Under the pieces are notes generated by a model. That model saw only the letters and a list, made by a program, of their open reading frames with translations. It had not been told where the DNA came from and did no database searches. 64,000 nucleotides of DNA from an uncultured delta proteobacterium (lineage in GTDB: Bacteria; Desulfobacterota; Desulfomonilia; Desulfomonilales; Desulfomonilaceae), in assembly GCA_963789265.1 (NCBI GenBank), contig CAWBKB010000003.1:544001-608000 (forward strand), read 5' to 3'. Position 1 is the first letter of the stretch, and each line of letters begins with the position of its first letter. The translations under genes and the position numbers were made by a program. This document shows, piece after piece, positions 30,889-42,646 of this stretch.

Positions 30889-31850
30889 TACTTCACTCCC
30901 ACTCTTTCCCTCACTAAATCCAGAGTCTCAACCGCGATTGCCCGGGCCTTTTCCGCCCCCGCGGCCAGGATTTGTCGAATATGACCCGGATCTGAGACAA
31001 GTCTCTGCCTTTCCGCTCGCGCGTCTCCAAAGAAATCCCATAGGATTGCGGCCAGTTCTTTTTTTATGGCGCCATAGGAGGCTCCTCCCTGCCTGTAAAG
31101 CACCTCCACCTCGCGTATTCTCTCGGGTGGGGCAAAATGGCGGTAAATCTGGAACAAGTTGCAGGTCTCGGGGTTTTTCGGCTGATCGACAGGGGTGGAA
31201 TCAGTCAGTATGCTCATGACCTTCTTCTTCAGGGTCTTTTCGTCCAAGAAGATTTCGATGGTGTTGTAGTACGACTTGGACATCTTTTGTCCGTCAATTC
31301 CCGGGATCACAGCAACGTCATCGCTGATCTCGCCTTCCGGGATAACAAAGGTCTCGCCGTAAATATGGTTGAATTTCAGAGCGACATCGCGAGTGACCTC
31401 AATGTGCTGCTTTTGATCTTTTCCCACCGGCACAAGGTTTGACTGGTAAAGCAGGATGTCCGCAGCCATGAGCACAGGATAGGCAAACAGCCCATGATTA
31501 GGAGAAATTCCCTTGGCTATCTTGTCCTTGTACGAATGGCAGCGTTCCAACAAGCCCATCGGAGTGATGCAAGTCAAGATCCATGCCAACTCCACCACTT
31601 CGGGAACGTCCGACTGGACCCAAAAGAAACATCGATCAGGGTCCAGACCCAGGGCAAGGAAGTCCGCCGCAGCTTCCAATGTGCCTCGAGCCAGCTTCTC
31701 TCTATCACTTACGCTGGTTAAGGCGTGGTAATTGACGATGAATACAAAAAGCTCCTCGCGATTCATATAAGAAAGCATCGGTTTCATCATACCCAAGTAG
31801 TTGCCGATGTGCAGAGAACCACTAGGTTGAATACCTGACAGAACTCTCAA
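30885..31850 (-). CDS. trpS: Tryptophan--tRNA ligase
   Basis: [42 protein letters not shown] start at 31850 with GGAGG RBS. Confidence 0.97.
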   Translation of the reverse strand: MRVLSGIQPSGSLHIGNYLGMMKPMLSYMNREELFVFIVNYHALTSVSDREKLARGTLEAAADFLALGLDPDRCFFWVQSDVPEVVELAWILTCITPMGLLERCHSYKDKIAKGISPNHGLFAYPVLMAADILLYQSNLVPVGKDQKQHIEVTRDVALKFNHIYGETFVIPEGEISDDVAVIPGIDGQKMSKSYYNTIEIFLDEKTLKKKVMSILTDSTPVDQPKNPETCNLFQIYRHFAPPERIREVEVLYRQGGASYGAIKKELAAILWDFFGDARAERQRLVSDPGHIRQILAAGAEKARAIAVETLDLVRERVGVKY

Positions 31851-32127
31851 GGCGGCCTCCTTTCTCTCTTTCAGCCTTGGACCGAACTGCCTGTTGTGAC
31901 TATGGCAATTGCCGGGCCATTCGACCAATTCTTGATAACGCAATCGTCACCCTGCAAGCTCGATGGGCGGTTCGCCGGGATGACTGTAATTTGCAATTCG
32001 GAAAGAACCTTGGAAGAATACCACAAGTGGCAGGTTCTGAGAACTACTGTAGGGGCGGTTTCAAACCCGCCCCTACCAACTTCATCTTCCAAATTTCGGC
32101 GTGGCTATACAAAGTGAGTAGATAGGC

Positions 32128-32958
32128 TCAGGCAGGATTGGTGTGGTCGGAAATGTTGAACCGCATAAGGACGGCTTCCAGCACAGACCCACCTATTGCG
32201 CGGGCCTTTTCCGAGATGGTGTTGCAGTAAGAGGGATTCCCTCGTGGGTCAATGTCTCCGATCTTCAGCCGCCGACTCACTAAAGTGCCGGGCCTTATCA
32301 ATCCGCGGATTATCCCGTTGATTTCCGCCCTCACAGGCTCGCCCGCCACCTGTCCTATTTGTTGCCCTTTCTCCACCAAAGTTCCTATGTGCTCGGCGGA
32401 TTCAAAAATTCCGTCTGCGGGTGATCGAAGGACTCTGAGAGTAGTGTACCCGCCGATGTTACCAGGGGTTCCTGTATCGGGAGCCGCCTCTCCCTGCACG
32501 ATCAGACGACCCAAATCGTGTCCCCTGTTGGTCTCTATGACGCAGTGAGCATCTTTCCCGGCGCAGAACCCCGGTCCCAAAGCTATCACCAGTGGTGCAT
32601 CGTCTATCGAGGTGCCAAGGTTCTTTTTTGCCAGAATTGCGTCCACGACCACATCAGGCTGGAAAGCGGTCTTGAAAGCACCGTCAGGATCAACAAAAAT
32701 CGGAATTTGCCCCGATTGCCATAGTGCCTGCGCTTGGTCCAGGGTCTGGACTCTGGCTGCCTCTATTCCCTCGACACCCCAATTTCCTTCGTGCAGCGCT
32801 TCGCTGAAGCTAACCATGCGCCGCACAGTCAGCGGCTGGTCAATTTCGGTCATAAGAAGTCGGCGGAATCCTGCGTTGTAGATACGACACGCTGTTCCCG
32901 TGGCCATTTCGCCGGCTCCACGAATGACGATTTTCAGTTTGGCCAGACAGGGTGGCAT
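32128..32958 (-). CDS. yqeB: Selenium-dependent molybdenum hydroxylase system protein YqeB family
   Basis: RGAGEMATG, VRR.VSFSEA, DAILAKKN, LGPGF, ETNRGHDLG, KIGDIDPR, ISEKARAIGGSVLEA. Confidence 0.92.
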   Translation of the reverse strand: MPPCLAKLKIVIRGAGEMATGTACRIYNAGFRRLLMTEIDQPLTVRRMVSFSEALHEGNWGVEGIEAARVQTLDQAQALWQSGQIPIFVDPDGAFKTAFQPDVVVDAILAKKNLGTSIDDAPLVIALGPGFCAGKDAHCVIETNRGHDLGRLIVQGEAAPDTGTPGNIGGYTTLRVLRSPADGIFESAEHIGTLVEKGQQIGQVAGEPVRAEINGIIRGLIRPGTLVSRRLKIGDIDPRGNPSYCNTISEKARAIGGSVLEAVLMRFNISDHTNPA

Positions 32959-32974
32959 TATGGAGCGCGCTTTC

Positions 32975-33415
32975 TTACTTATCGAACTCTTCTAGGGCCT
33001 TGATCATAGTCTCTTTGGGGATGACCCCATAAAATGCATTCTTTATCTCACCATCCCGAATGATGAAGATAGCCGGTATCTTGTTGATTCCAAACCGACG
33101 CGTGATCAGATTCTGATCGGTGTTGACCCTGCCTATCACAGCTCGGCCCTTGAGGTCTTTAGCTACTTCCCGGAGTACCGGATCGAGCATCCGGCACGGA
33201 AAGCACCACTCGGCGTAGAAGTCCACCAATATGGGGCGCTTCTTCGACGCTTCCACCACGTTGGACTGAAAGTTTTCATCGGTGAAGCTCTGGACGTTAG
33301 AAGCAACCAGAGGCTCGGTAGCCCCTTTCTTCTCATGGACCGACCACAAAATTATCAGTCCTCCCGCTAAACAGAACGCTATCAACGTGATTATTATTAT
33401 ACCTGTCTTATTCAT
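32975..33415 (-). CDS. Membrane-anchored thioredoxin
   Basis: N-terminal TM; VDFYAEWCFPC. Confidence 0.9.
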   Translation of the reverse strand: MNKTGIIIITLIAFCLAGGLIILWSVHEKKGATEPLVASNVQSFTDENFQSNVVEASKKRPILVDFYAEWCFPCRMLDPVLREVAKDLKGRAVIGRVNTDQNLITRRFGINKIPAIFIIRDGEIKNAFYGVIPKETMIKALEEFDK

Positions 33416-33493
33416 GCTGCCTCCGCAGTCTACCGCCTCTTTTATGTAATTTACTCCACCTCGGATGTAATGAGAACCATTATTTCATTTTCT

Positions 33494-35732
33494 TCACATG
33501 AGATCCATTGGATCGACATCTACAACGATCTTTAGCCCATGACCTTTCAGGTAACCTTCTGAAATTAGCCCCTTGACAAGGGACCGCACAGGACTTCGTG
33601 TGGCGGCTTTGAAGAGAACTTGCCAGCGAAATCTCCCCAGAATCTTTTTTCTGGGCGACGGGGCCGGGCCCATAACCATTATGTCCCTGGATTCACCTTT
33701 CAAGAGCCTAGCGGCCCTACTGATCATTATAGCTTTCTTTTCGACCCGCTTTTCGTTATTCCCCTCCACACGCACCAGAATCAGGTGCCCATAGGGAGGG
33801 TACAACAGTTCGCGGCGCAGCGTTGAATCCAGTTCGAAAAAACGTTCATACGCGTGGGACGCCGCGCACTGAATCGCCTCATGTTTTGGATCAAAGGTCT
33901 GAAGGATCACTCGGCCCGAATCCGTCTCCCTGCCGGTGCGACCTGCAACCTGCGTAAGCATCTGGAAGGTTCTCTCCGCTGCTCTGAAATCCGGAAAGTG
34001 TAAGGAGAGATCGCCGCAGAGCACCCCGACGAGGGAAATACCCGGAAAGTCGTGACCTTTGACAATCATCTGAGTCCCTGTAAGGATGTCGATCTCCTGT
34101 TTCCTGAAACGGTCCAAAATGCCCTCAAGCTGATCCCTCCGGCGTGTAGTGTCCCGATCGAGTCTTTCGATGCGTGCCTCCGGGAATACCTCTGCCAACT
34201 CCTCCTCCACTTTCTGCGTGCCCACACCTCCAAAGAAGAGCTTTCCTCCGGAGCACTGCGGGCACAAAGGGGGAGCAGCCTGAGAAAAACCGCACAGATG
34301 GCACCGGAAATCCCCGCTCGCTTGTGATGAGTGAGGCTGATATCGCAATTCGGGCATTTGAAAACGTTGCCGCACGATCGGCACTGAGCAAATGTATCAA
34401 ATCCTCTGCGATTAAGAAAAAGGACCACCTGCTCTTGTCGTGCCAGTGCTATTTTTATGGAGTCAATCAGTTTAGGCGTAAGAAACGCCCCTTTGCTGCA
34501 CTTATTCTCGGGCGACTTGAGATCTACTAATTCCACCGCGGGGAGCGCGCCGCCATGATGGCGGCACGGCAGGTCCACGCGAGCAATTTTGCCTCTCTGA
34601 GCGTTGACGAACGTCTCAAAAGAGGGCGTTGCACTTCCCAGGATGACACATGCATTTTCCAGTTTTGCTCGGGCCAGCGCCATGTCACGAGCATTATACG
34701 GACAACTGTCCTCCTGTTTGTAAGATGAATCATGCTCTTCATCCACGATAATCAGACCGAGGTCCCGTACCGGCAAGAAGATACCCGATCGAGCCCCTAT
34801 GGCTACGTTCACCTTTCCCTCTTGCACACGGCGCCATTCGTCGAGCCTCTGAGAAGGCGTCAACCCGCTGTGAAAGATCCCCACGCCTCCGCCAATGCGT
34901 CTCAAGAAGCGGCGGGCAAGTTGCGGTGTCAGCGCTATCTCCGGGACCAGTACCAGTGCCCGTTTTCCTTTTTTCAGAATTTCATGGATTACTCTGAGGT
35001 AGACTTCCGTCTTTCCCGATCCGGTAACTCCAAAGAGGAGAAAGGGATGAAATCCTCCCTTCAGGACAGCCTCTGTAATTAGCGTGACTGCGGAATTCTG
35101 ATCGGGCGTCAGTTCGGGAGGCTGTTCGGCAGGCAAAACACGCGTCCCCGCGGGATCGAGAAGCTCGGGTAGCTTTTTTTTGCGCAAGCTAATTCTGGGG
35201 CGAGCGATTCGTTCCTCAATTCGGATCCATTTTTTCTGCAGGGCTTCTTTGCAGCCGTCTTTGCCGATGAGGGCTTCAAGTTCGCTTTGGGCCATCACTC
35301 CCGCCTTGAGAACTTTTGTCGGAAGGGTCAGTTTCGACTGTTTTCCCGATCCGCAAACCACGCACGTCCTTCAGGGGTCAAAATCGCCCAGGGTCGCGAT
35401 TTCCTGTCCGAACCCGGAGGAAGAGCAGTCTTGAGCACCAACCCTGTCGAGATCAAATAGTATTCTGCGATCCACCGGATGAAGGTCCAAAGCTCCGGAG
35501 TCAGATATGGCTCTTCTTCAGGGATGTCTACAACATACTTGATTTCCTGGCTGCCTGGGTCGGAAGCGCATATTCCGACAATGAAACCTGCCCGTATCTT
35601 ATTTCTGAAGGGAACGAGGACCCGGCGGCCTATCTCAGCGCGGGACACGAGCTCAGTCGGGATCCTATAGGTAAAAGGGCCTTCCAGTGGAAGAGGAATG
35701 GCCACGTCTATGAGGTTGTCCGAGTCGTTCAT
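33494..35732 (-). CDS. priA: Primosomal protein N' (two apparent frameshifts)
   Basis: GVTGSGKTEVY, LVPEIALT, VDEEHD, GSATPS, zinc-finger Cys pairs, GTQMIVKGHDFP, QVAGRTGR, DVDP; spread over three frames. Confidence 0.93.
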
Positions 35733-35777
35733 GCCGAGTCGCTTTCAGGAGGACAAGATCAGATCTTCCAAGAGAAA

Positions 35778-36315
35778 GTAGGGGCAGGTTTCAAACCTGC
35801 CCCTACCTAACAGAGGCAGTTTTGTACCATGTGCTGAGCGAAGCGAAGCGCATCAATTGCGTAAGACCGAGCGGGGACGCGAACGATACACTTTCCCTGC
35901 CTTCGCAGAGTTCGGCACATCCTACATGCTGGATAGTAGGACGGGCATCCTGCCCGTCATTGGCAGGCAAGATGCCTGCCCCACTATTCCAAATGGGCAG
36001 GTTTCAAACCTACCCCTACCTAACAGAGGCAGTCACCATTGACAAGATCTCTTTGGAAAGGCAGGGTAACGGCGCGCGAAGCATATTTGTAGGGGCAGCT
36101 CACGTAGCGATATGGTGAATCCCGCAGGATGCGCGTACCCGGGAATCGGTAGGACCGGCCTCCGTGCCGGTCGTTTCGCAGTTTTGTAGGATGCGCTGAG
36201 CGAAGCGAAGCGCATCACAATTGCGTAAGACCGAGCGGGGACGCGAACGATGCGCTTCCCCCGCCTTGGCAGGGTTCAGCACATCCTACATGCTGGCCCC
36301 CCTTTACCAAGGGGG
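35778..36315. repeat. REP array with duplicated units
   Basis: GGGCAGGTTTCAAACCT(G/A)CCCCTACCTAACAGAGGCAG twice; an approximately 100-bp GCTGAGCGAAGCGAAGCGCATC...CACATCCTACATGCTGG unit twice (about 35826 and 36186). Confidence 0.85.
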
Positions 36316-36398
36316 AATAAATAGTTAAGTTTGCACCCATCGACAAATGACCGGCAGTCCCGCGTTCCGCGTGGGATGGTCCTACTGGCGTTCTCTTC

Positions 36399-38057
36399 AT
36401 GACCGGACCGACGACCATACCGAGGTTTTGGCTCGCATTTTTGTGCTGCTGTCTCCTGGCAACGCCTTTTTTGTGCGTCACGTTTCCTCCCATAACAGAT
36501 CTACCGCAACAGTCGGCCCAGATTCGCCTCTTTCTCGAAACACTGCACGACCCTTCGGCAAGTCCATACAAGATACAGTGGTTCACCCCGTACAGTCTAT
36601 CCTACCTGATGTTGGGAGTCTCGTGGGCCCTGTTCGGCCCGCAAAGCGCAGGCCGGATCGCTATGCTCGCCATTGCGCTGCTGTGGGCAGTGTCAATCCA
36701 CATTACGGCAGCCAGGCGGGACCGATCTGCGGCTGCGGCGACTCTGGCGTGTTTGTTCGTTTTGAACCATACGGTCTACTGGGGCTTTTACAGCTTCGTA
36801 ATAGGCTTGCCTGCCTTTCTCGTCTGGTTTTCTCTCAGGTACTGAAGATCCGCCTGAACGATTCTCAGCGCGAGATGCCTTCTTATGGCTCGCCTGCGCC
36901 ATTCTCCTTTATATGTGTCATGTGCTCTGGTTCATTGCCGGCATGGCATGGCCCTGGCTCAGGGGATAGTTTTCCGAAAGCCTGTCAGAAAAACACTAAC
37001 CAGATTGGCTTATGTTGCGCCTCTCGTTGTGGTGGTTGGGATCTGGTACCCGTCGCTTTCGGGCTCTTCGATGGCAACACCGCCATTGTGGGGGTCCAAC
37101 CCGATCTGGCGTCTCTCTTTCTCATGGCTTTCAGACGCGGCTCTGGGGGGAATCCGGGGCCCTGCGATACCTGTATTCTTCGCAGCGGCCCTTGTGTGGG
37201 TTCTTATGTCAGTGGTGCAGCACCGCAAGAGCCTATACCGGTTGCGCCCTCACCCCAGCCCTCTCCCAGATTTTCGTCATTCCCGCGAACGCGGGAATCC
37301 AGACTGGACCCCGGATCAAGTCCGGGGTGACGGAATAATCGATAAGGGTCCGGCCTCCGTGCCGGTTGCAAATTCGCCGGCAGGGACGCCGGCGATACAG
37401 CCGGATCGAGTCCGGGCTGACGGAGTAATCGACAAAGAGCTGCTTCTTGCAGCGGGTCTCTTCTTTGCGTTCGCTTTGATCCTCCCTGACAAGTACATGA
37501 ACACGATCAGGTTCAGCCAACGATGGATGCCGCCGGCTATGATAATGTTGCTCTTGGCTGTGCCCGCGCCGGTACTCAGGCCGGTACTCAGGCAAGTAGC
37601 AGCCCTGGTGATCGTGGCCGCGTTTTGTTTGGCTACAACCGCCACGTGGGAGAGATTCGAAAGGGACGAACTCTCCGGTCTCAAGGAAGCCCTGGCCGCG
37701 CTGCCCGCCTCCCCGAAAGTGCTGGGACTGGCCCTGGTTCATAGGAGCAATCTCATTAAGGGGGTCCCGTTTATCCAGATTTTTGCTTATTCTCAGGTGC
37801 TAAAGGGCGGGATGTTGAATTTTTCGTTTGCCGAGTTTTCGCCGTGTCTGGTGGTGTTCAAGGACAGTTCCCCGAAGCCTTGGACCGGGGGTTTGGAATG
37901 GTTCCCGAGGCTCGTCAAGGAATCAGATCTCCAGTATTTTGATTATGCGCTAATCAATGGAACCGACCAAATGCATTCGGTCACTAGAGCCCAATCTCGG
38001 CTTGTTCCGGTAACTACGAAGGGCCGCTGGAGGCTGTATCGTGTGAAGGCGCCGTAG
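36399..38057 (+). CDS. Polytopic membrane protein, GT-C-like (frameshifted near 36840-36960; contains an in-frame repeat insertion)
   Basis: PPITDLPQQ.AQ first-loop motif, WGFYSF, many TM helices. Confidence 0.6.
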
Positions 38058-38118
38058 GAGTCATTGTCCGGCCCACAAGACACAATCCGGACATAAACGA
38101 GCTGAAAAGCAACGGGCT

Positions 38119-38272
38119 TATAGCTATTGCCAAAAGTAATGACCTGTTCACCACCCGTCACCCCGGCGAAAGCCGGGGTCCAGAACATATTGAAAAGACT
38201 GGATTCCGGCCTCCGCCGGAATGACGGTGTCAGGCTATCTCCAATCGCACAGAACTTTTGGCAATGGGAATA
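38119..38272. mobile_element. MITE family 2, copy A, carrying a REP pair
   Basis: TATAGCTATTGCCAAAAGT / ACTTTTGGCAATGGGAATA ends; internal GTCACCCCGG..CCAG / CTGGATTCCGG..GAATGAC. Confidence 0.7.
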
Positions 38273-38276
38273 TCAC

Positions 38277-38425
38277 TTACGTCTCTTCGTGATATTCTTC
38301 TTCGGTGTTCATCGACCAAATATTTTCTTTCTGGCTGATCCCTGCCTTGATATTGTCTACAGCGGTCATTGCGGTCAGCATGGAACAATCCGCGTTGTTG
38401 TATTTGTGGATGCCGTTTCTTCCCT
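38277..38425 (-). pseudogene. C-terminal remnant of an FAD-dependent oxidoreductase typical of glycan clusters
   Basis: GRNGIHKYNNADCSMLTAM.AV.NI...NIWSMNTEEEYHEE; no upstream body of the gene. Confidence 0.75.
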
Positions 38426-38792
38426 TCTTTTTTGTCTGCCGTTGCCAGGAGTGATTGCTGTAATGGCCCGACCATCGCACGCCTTTCGCCTTTAGCTTCC
38501 ACTCGGGTGAGGTCACCAGGAATTTCCCCAGGAGTGGATGAGAGATGTAGAATTTAGGACTTGAGGGTGCGGCTTCATAGTCTTTCTCAACATGAAATGA
38601 CTAAGGTTCTTCGCGCCTTCCTGTCTACTTGGTGGAGACCAGTAATATAATGCAGGGCGAAAATCAATCTGCCGTTCCAGTGGAAACGATTCCCACAATC
38701 GTATAAAGTTAGTATAATATCACTGAGCGTGGCACGTCGTCGCGGAATAAATCGCAACTATTTTGAATAGCTTATGAGATAGGGAGCACCGT

Positions 38793-39537
38793 TTGAAAGC
38801 GGGAACTCAGCGAATTATGATCGTGATCCCGGCTTATAACGAAGCTGGCAGAATTGGAAAGGTAGTGAGTTGTGCCAGATCAGGTACTACCTGGCGCAAC
38901 TGTTGTTGTGGTCGATGATTCGTCTGTGGACTCGACCAGCAAAGAGGCCTGTGAGGCGGGCTCGATCGTGCTTCGCCACCCTATAAATCTCGGCTATGGA
39001 TCTGCGCTGCATACAGGGTTCATCTTCGCATTACGAAACAACTTCGACATCCTTCTCCAGATGGATGGCGACGGGCAACATTTGGCATCTGAATTACCGA
39101 AATTGCTTGATCCGATATTGGCGGACCATGCTGACTTAGTCATAGGTTCCCGCTATCTCAATGGAGGATGCGGATACGACTGCGGTATTGCACGACGCAT
39201 CGGGCAGAGGATGTTCGAATGGATCGCCTTGGGCGCGACAAGTAGGCGCTTCACCGATCCGACTTCCGGGTTTCAAGGCATGAATATCAGAGCGACCAAA
39301 TTCTTTAGCGGAGACGACTACCCGGACGACTATCCCGACGCGGATGTCCTTATAATGGCTCATTACGCGGGGCTCAGAGTAAAAGAGGTTCCTGTCAGGA
39401 TGAACCCTCGATCGGATGGACAATCAATGCACGTGGGCCTCAAGCCCTTGTATTATGTCATTAAAATGCTCTTTTCGATGTTTCTTGTTATACTTGATTT
39501 TGGAAGGTGGAGAAGACATGACTCCCAGGCAGATTGA
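38793..39537 (+). CDS. GT2 polyprenol-phosphate glycosyltransferase (DPM1/GacI-like; frameshift near 38870)
   Basis: IVIPAYNEA in one frame; VVDDSS.D, N.GYG.A..TG, MDGDGQH, IGSR, DPTSGF in the next. Confidence 0.88.
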
Positions 39538-39910
39538 AGCATCCATTATAATCAGCATCAGTCTTCTGGTGTTGATCGTCACCCTGATCAGGAAGAAGAA
39601 GCTTGAGGTGGCCTATTCCTGGGTGTGGCTTTTCATCGGGATCGGTATGGTAATGGTGGTAGTCTTTTACAAGGGCCTGGTCGCACTTTCGGATCTGATC
39701 GGTTCAGTGACACCGACCACGACCTTATTCTTGTGCGCAATCTTAGTCATTATGCTCTTGTGTCTCCAATTCTCCATTGTGACTTCCCAGCACAAATGGC
39801 AAATCAGAAAGATGGCACAAGAGATAGCGATGTTAACTGCAAAATCTGAGACTGTCGCATCCCAATCTTATTCAGATAACTGTGGCGGCACGGGCAAGGA
39901 CTCCACCTGA
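39518..39910 (+). CDS. DUF2304 family membrane protein (GacJ-like)
   Basis: IRKKKL...YS..W, three TMs, S......I..MAQEIA; overlaps the GT2 stop. Confidence 0.85.
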   Translation: MTPRQIEASIIISISLLVLIVTLIRKKKLEVAYSWVWLFIGIGMVMVVVFYKGLVALSDLIGSVTPTTTLFLCAILVIMLLCLQFSIVTSQHKWQIRKMAQEIAMLTAKSETVASQSYSDNCGGTGKDST

Positions 39911-41388
39911 TGTCGTGCCGTGTATTCTTAACAACTGCACCAACAAGCCTTGAGAATCGATATGGTCGATTCGCATTTGCCGGAAGCACCCAACCGTCAT
40001 TTGGACTAGTATGCTTGGCTGCAATGGCCCTCAGTCAGGGGCACGAAGTGAGAGTTGTTGATGCCGCGGCCGAAAATCTCAGTGTCTATCAAACCCTCCA
40101 AGAAGCTGAGCGGTTCTCTCCACAAGTCATTGGGATAAGCGCTACTACCGCTGGAATCGTCGTTGCCGGAGAGTTGGCATTATCGGCAAAAAAGCGTCTG
40201 CCGAATGTGTTGACGATTGTCGGCGGACCCCACCTGAGTGCTTTGCCAGTCGAAACATTGCAAGAATTCCCAGGTTTCGACATCGGGATCCTTGGCGAGG
40301 GCGAGGAAACCTTGGCAGATTTGCTGTCAGTTTTCAGCGTAACGAAAAAAGTTGACCGGCCAGTTCTTGGAACTGTGGTTCGTGATGAAAGTGGGATCAG
40401 TCTGCAACCGAGGCGTCCATTCATTGCAGATCTCGATCAGTTGCCGCTGCCAGCGTGGCGACTACTGCGAAGCTTTCCAGGGGGCTTTCGACCGACGCTG
40501 GCTCGCATGAATCGCCTTCCCTGCGCTTCCGTTGTGCTTACTAGAGGTTGCCCCAACCGCTGTCTGTTCTGTGACAGATCCGTGTTCGGGAATCGGTGTC
40601 GATCCTACAGCCCCTCTTATGCACTGAACATAATTAAGGATCTCAGATACAACTTTGGCGTGAAGGAAATCCTGATTGAAGACGATACCTTTATAGTGGA
40701 CCGCAAAAGAGTGGAAGAGTTCTGTCAGCTCCTTATCGACGAGAAAGTCGATATAACCTGGTCTTGCCTGGGCCGTGCCGATCGTGTCAACCCCGAGTTG
40801 TTGCGCCTCATGAAAAGGGCTGGGTGCTGGAGCATAGCCTACGGCATCGAGAGCGGCGATGAGGGAATTCTTAAGGCCGTGGCCAAAAGGCTTACAATAG
40901 AACAAATAGAACAAGCGGTCGCGTGGAGTAAGAACGTGGGTCTGATGACGAAGGGGTTCTTCATGGTGGGATTCCCAGGTGAAACGCACAGCTCCATGAA
41001 GGCGACTTTGGACATCGCTAAACGCTTGCCTCTCCATGACATCTCCGTGATGCAATTGACGCCGTTTCCTGGAAGCGATTTGTATCAACGCGCGGAAGAA
41101 TTTGGGACATTCGACAAGGACTGGAAAAAAATGAACGCACTCAACACAGTGTTTGTCCCGTTTGGACTCACAGCGGAGGATCTGGCACGAGCTAGATTCA
41201 GGATGATCAAATCATTTTATCTTCGCCCCCGAATCATACTTTCTAAACTGCTTCAAATAGTTAGCACGCCTAGGCTCATGTTGGCTTTGCCGAGAAGCAT
41301 CCTGGCTCTGGTGAAAGGGCGTTCTTTAGGAAAAGCCTCGCGGACAAGAAATCAAAACTCAGCACACGACCTGCCAAGTGGAGAGTAG
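39910..41388 (+). CDS. Cobalamin-dependent radical SAM protein 1
   Basis: B12-binding N-domain (GGPH, GEGE), TRGCPNRCLFC, DDTF, GIESG, GFPGET, TPFPGS. Confidence 0.92.
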   Translation: MSCRVFLTTAPTSLENRYGRFAFAGSTQPSFGLVCLAAMALSQGHEVRVVDAAAENLSVYQTLQEAERFSPQVIGISATTAGIVVAGELALSAKKRLPNVLTIVGGPHLSALPVETLQEFPGFDIGILGEGEETLADLLSVFSVTKKVDRPVLGTVVRDESGISLQPRRPFIADLDQLPLPAWRLLRSFPGGFRPTLARMNRLPCASVVLTRGCPNRCLFCDRSVFGNRCRSYSPSYALNIIKDLRYNFGVKEILIEDDTFIVDRKRVEEFCQLLIDEKVDITWSCLGRADRVNPELLRLMKRAGCWSIAYGIESGDEGILKAVAKRLTIEQIEQAVAWSKNVGLMTKGFFMVGFPGETHSSMKATLDIAKRLPLHDISVMQLTPFPGSDLYQRAEEFGTFDKDWKKMNALNTVFVPFGLTAEDLARARFRMIKSFYLRPRIILSKLLQIVSTPRLMLALPRSILALVKGRSLGKASRTRNQNSAHDLPSGE

Positions 41389-41622
41389 GAGGATAAGGTT
41401 TTCAGGAGCATCCGTCGATCAGTAACTTAAGTCCTAATTGGGACAAATTCTAATCCTCTTGGCAGACAGCGGTGATCATCGGATAGACTGAGAACCTTTT
41501 GCCGGGACTGACGCCATGGCATGATTCGCAAGGCAGAATGTTGGCCTTGGTATCTCTCCAAGAAGGGAGGTGTCCTTGGGGCCGGAAAGGATGCATTCAC
41601 AGTGCAAAATGGAACGACTCTT

Positions 41623-42646
41623 ATGCCGAGGGGTCCACTGGTTTCTGTGGTCGTGGCGACTTACAATCAGCAGCAATTGGTACTGGCTCAGTGTCTGGAA
41701 AGCATCTCCTGCCAGAAACTATGAGCCTATTGAAGTCATTGTAGTCGACAATGGGGCAAGTCGAGATGTTCGCTCCGTGGTGAAGACCTGTGTTCCTGAT
41801 GCCAGGATGATCAGGTTGCCAAAGAATGTGGGGTTTGCCGGAGGGTACAATGCTGGGATCCGGGCAGCCGTTGGACGGTACGTGGCGATTTTGAATGACG
41901 ATGCCGTGGCATGTTCAAATTGGCTTAATGCCATGCTCACCATCGTAGAAAATGATAAGTCCATAGGGGTGGTCGGATCAATTATCCTCGACTGCAATCG
42001 GCCTGGGCTTCTTGACTCGTGCGGGGTCGGTGTGGCTTTCGATGGGATGTCTCGGCAGGCCATGAGGGGACGAATCCCTCCGGTATTGAAAGGCCCGAAA
42101 GAAGTGTTGTTGGTTAGCGGGTGTGCGTGTCTCTTTAGGACACAGGCCCTCCAAGAAGTCGGCCTCTTTGATGAAGACTTCTTCGCCTACTGTGAGGATA
42201 CGGATCTTGGGTTACGATTGCAATGGGCCGGATGGAAGGCGGTAATCGCTCCGGAATGCTCTGTGAATCATAACTATTCGATGACTACCGGGAGACTTTC
42301 GCTCCAAAAGCTTTACTGGGTCGAGAGAAACCATCTGTGGGTTGCACTCAAGAACTTTCCACTTGCGCTTCTTCCTCTCGTCCCACTGGTAACCTTGTGG
42401 CGATATTTTGTACAATTTTTTATGGCTCAATTCGGCCCGGCAGAATTTCGGGCATTCAGGGACGACGCGGGCATACTGAAGATTATTTCTAGTGTCGTTC
42501 GTGCCAATCTGGATGCGGTGTCCCGAATGCCCGTGATGTTGCGGAAGAGAAAAGCCGCCGCGAATTTGCGTCGCACCAGCGGCCGCGACATGTGTAAGCT
42601 GCTGTTTACTTTCAGTCTTTCCATCTCTGATATCGTGAGAGGTTGA
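41623..42646 (+). CDS. GT2 glycosyltransferase (rhamnosyltransferase-like; frameshift near 41718)
   Basis: VSVVVATYN in one frame; VIVVDNG, N.GFAGGYN, LNDD, GLFDEDFFAYCEDTDL, ERNH in the next. Confidence 0.88.

Noticed and set aside
35778..36315. Possible CRISPR array
   Set aside because: Units are palindromic, irregularly spaced, of mixed families and dispersed across the window; there is no repeat-spacer periodicity and no cas genes.
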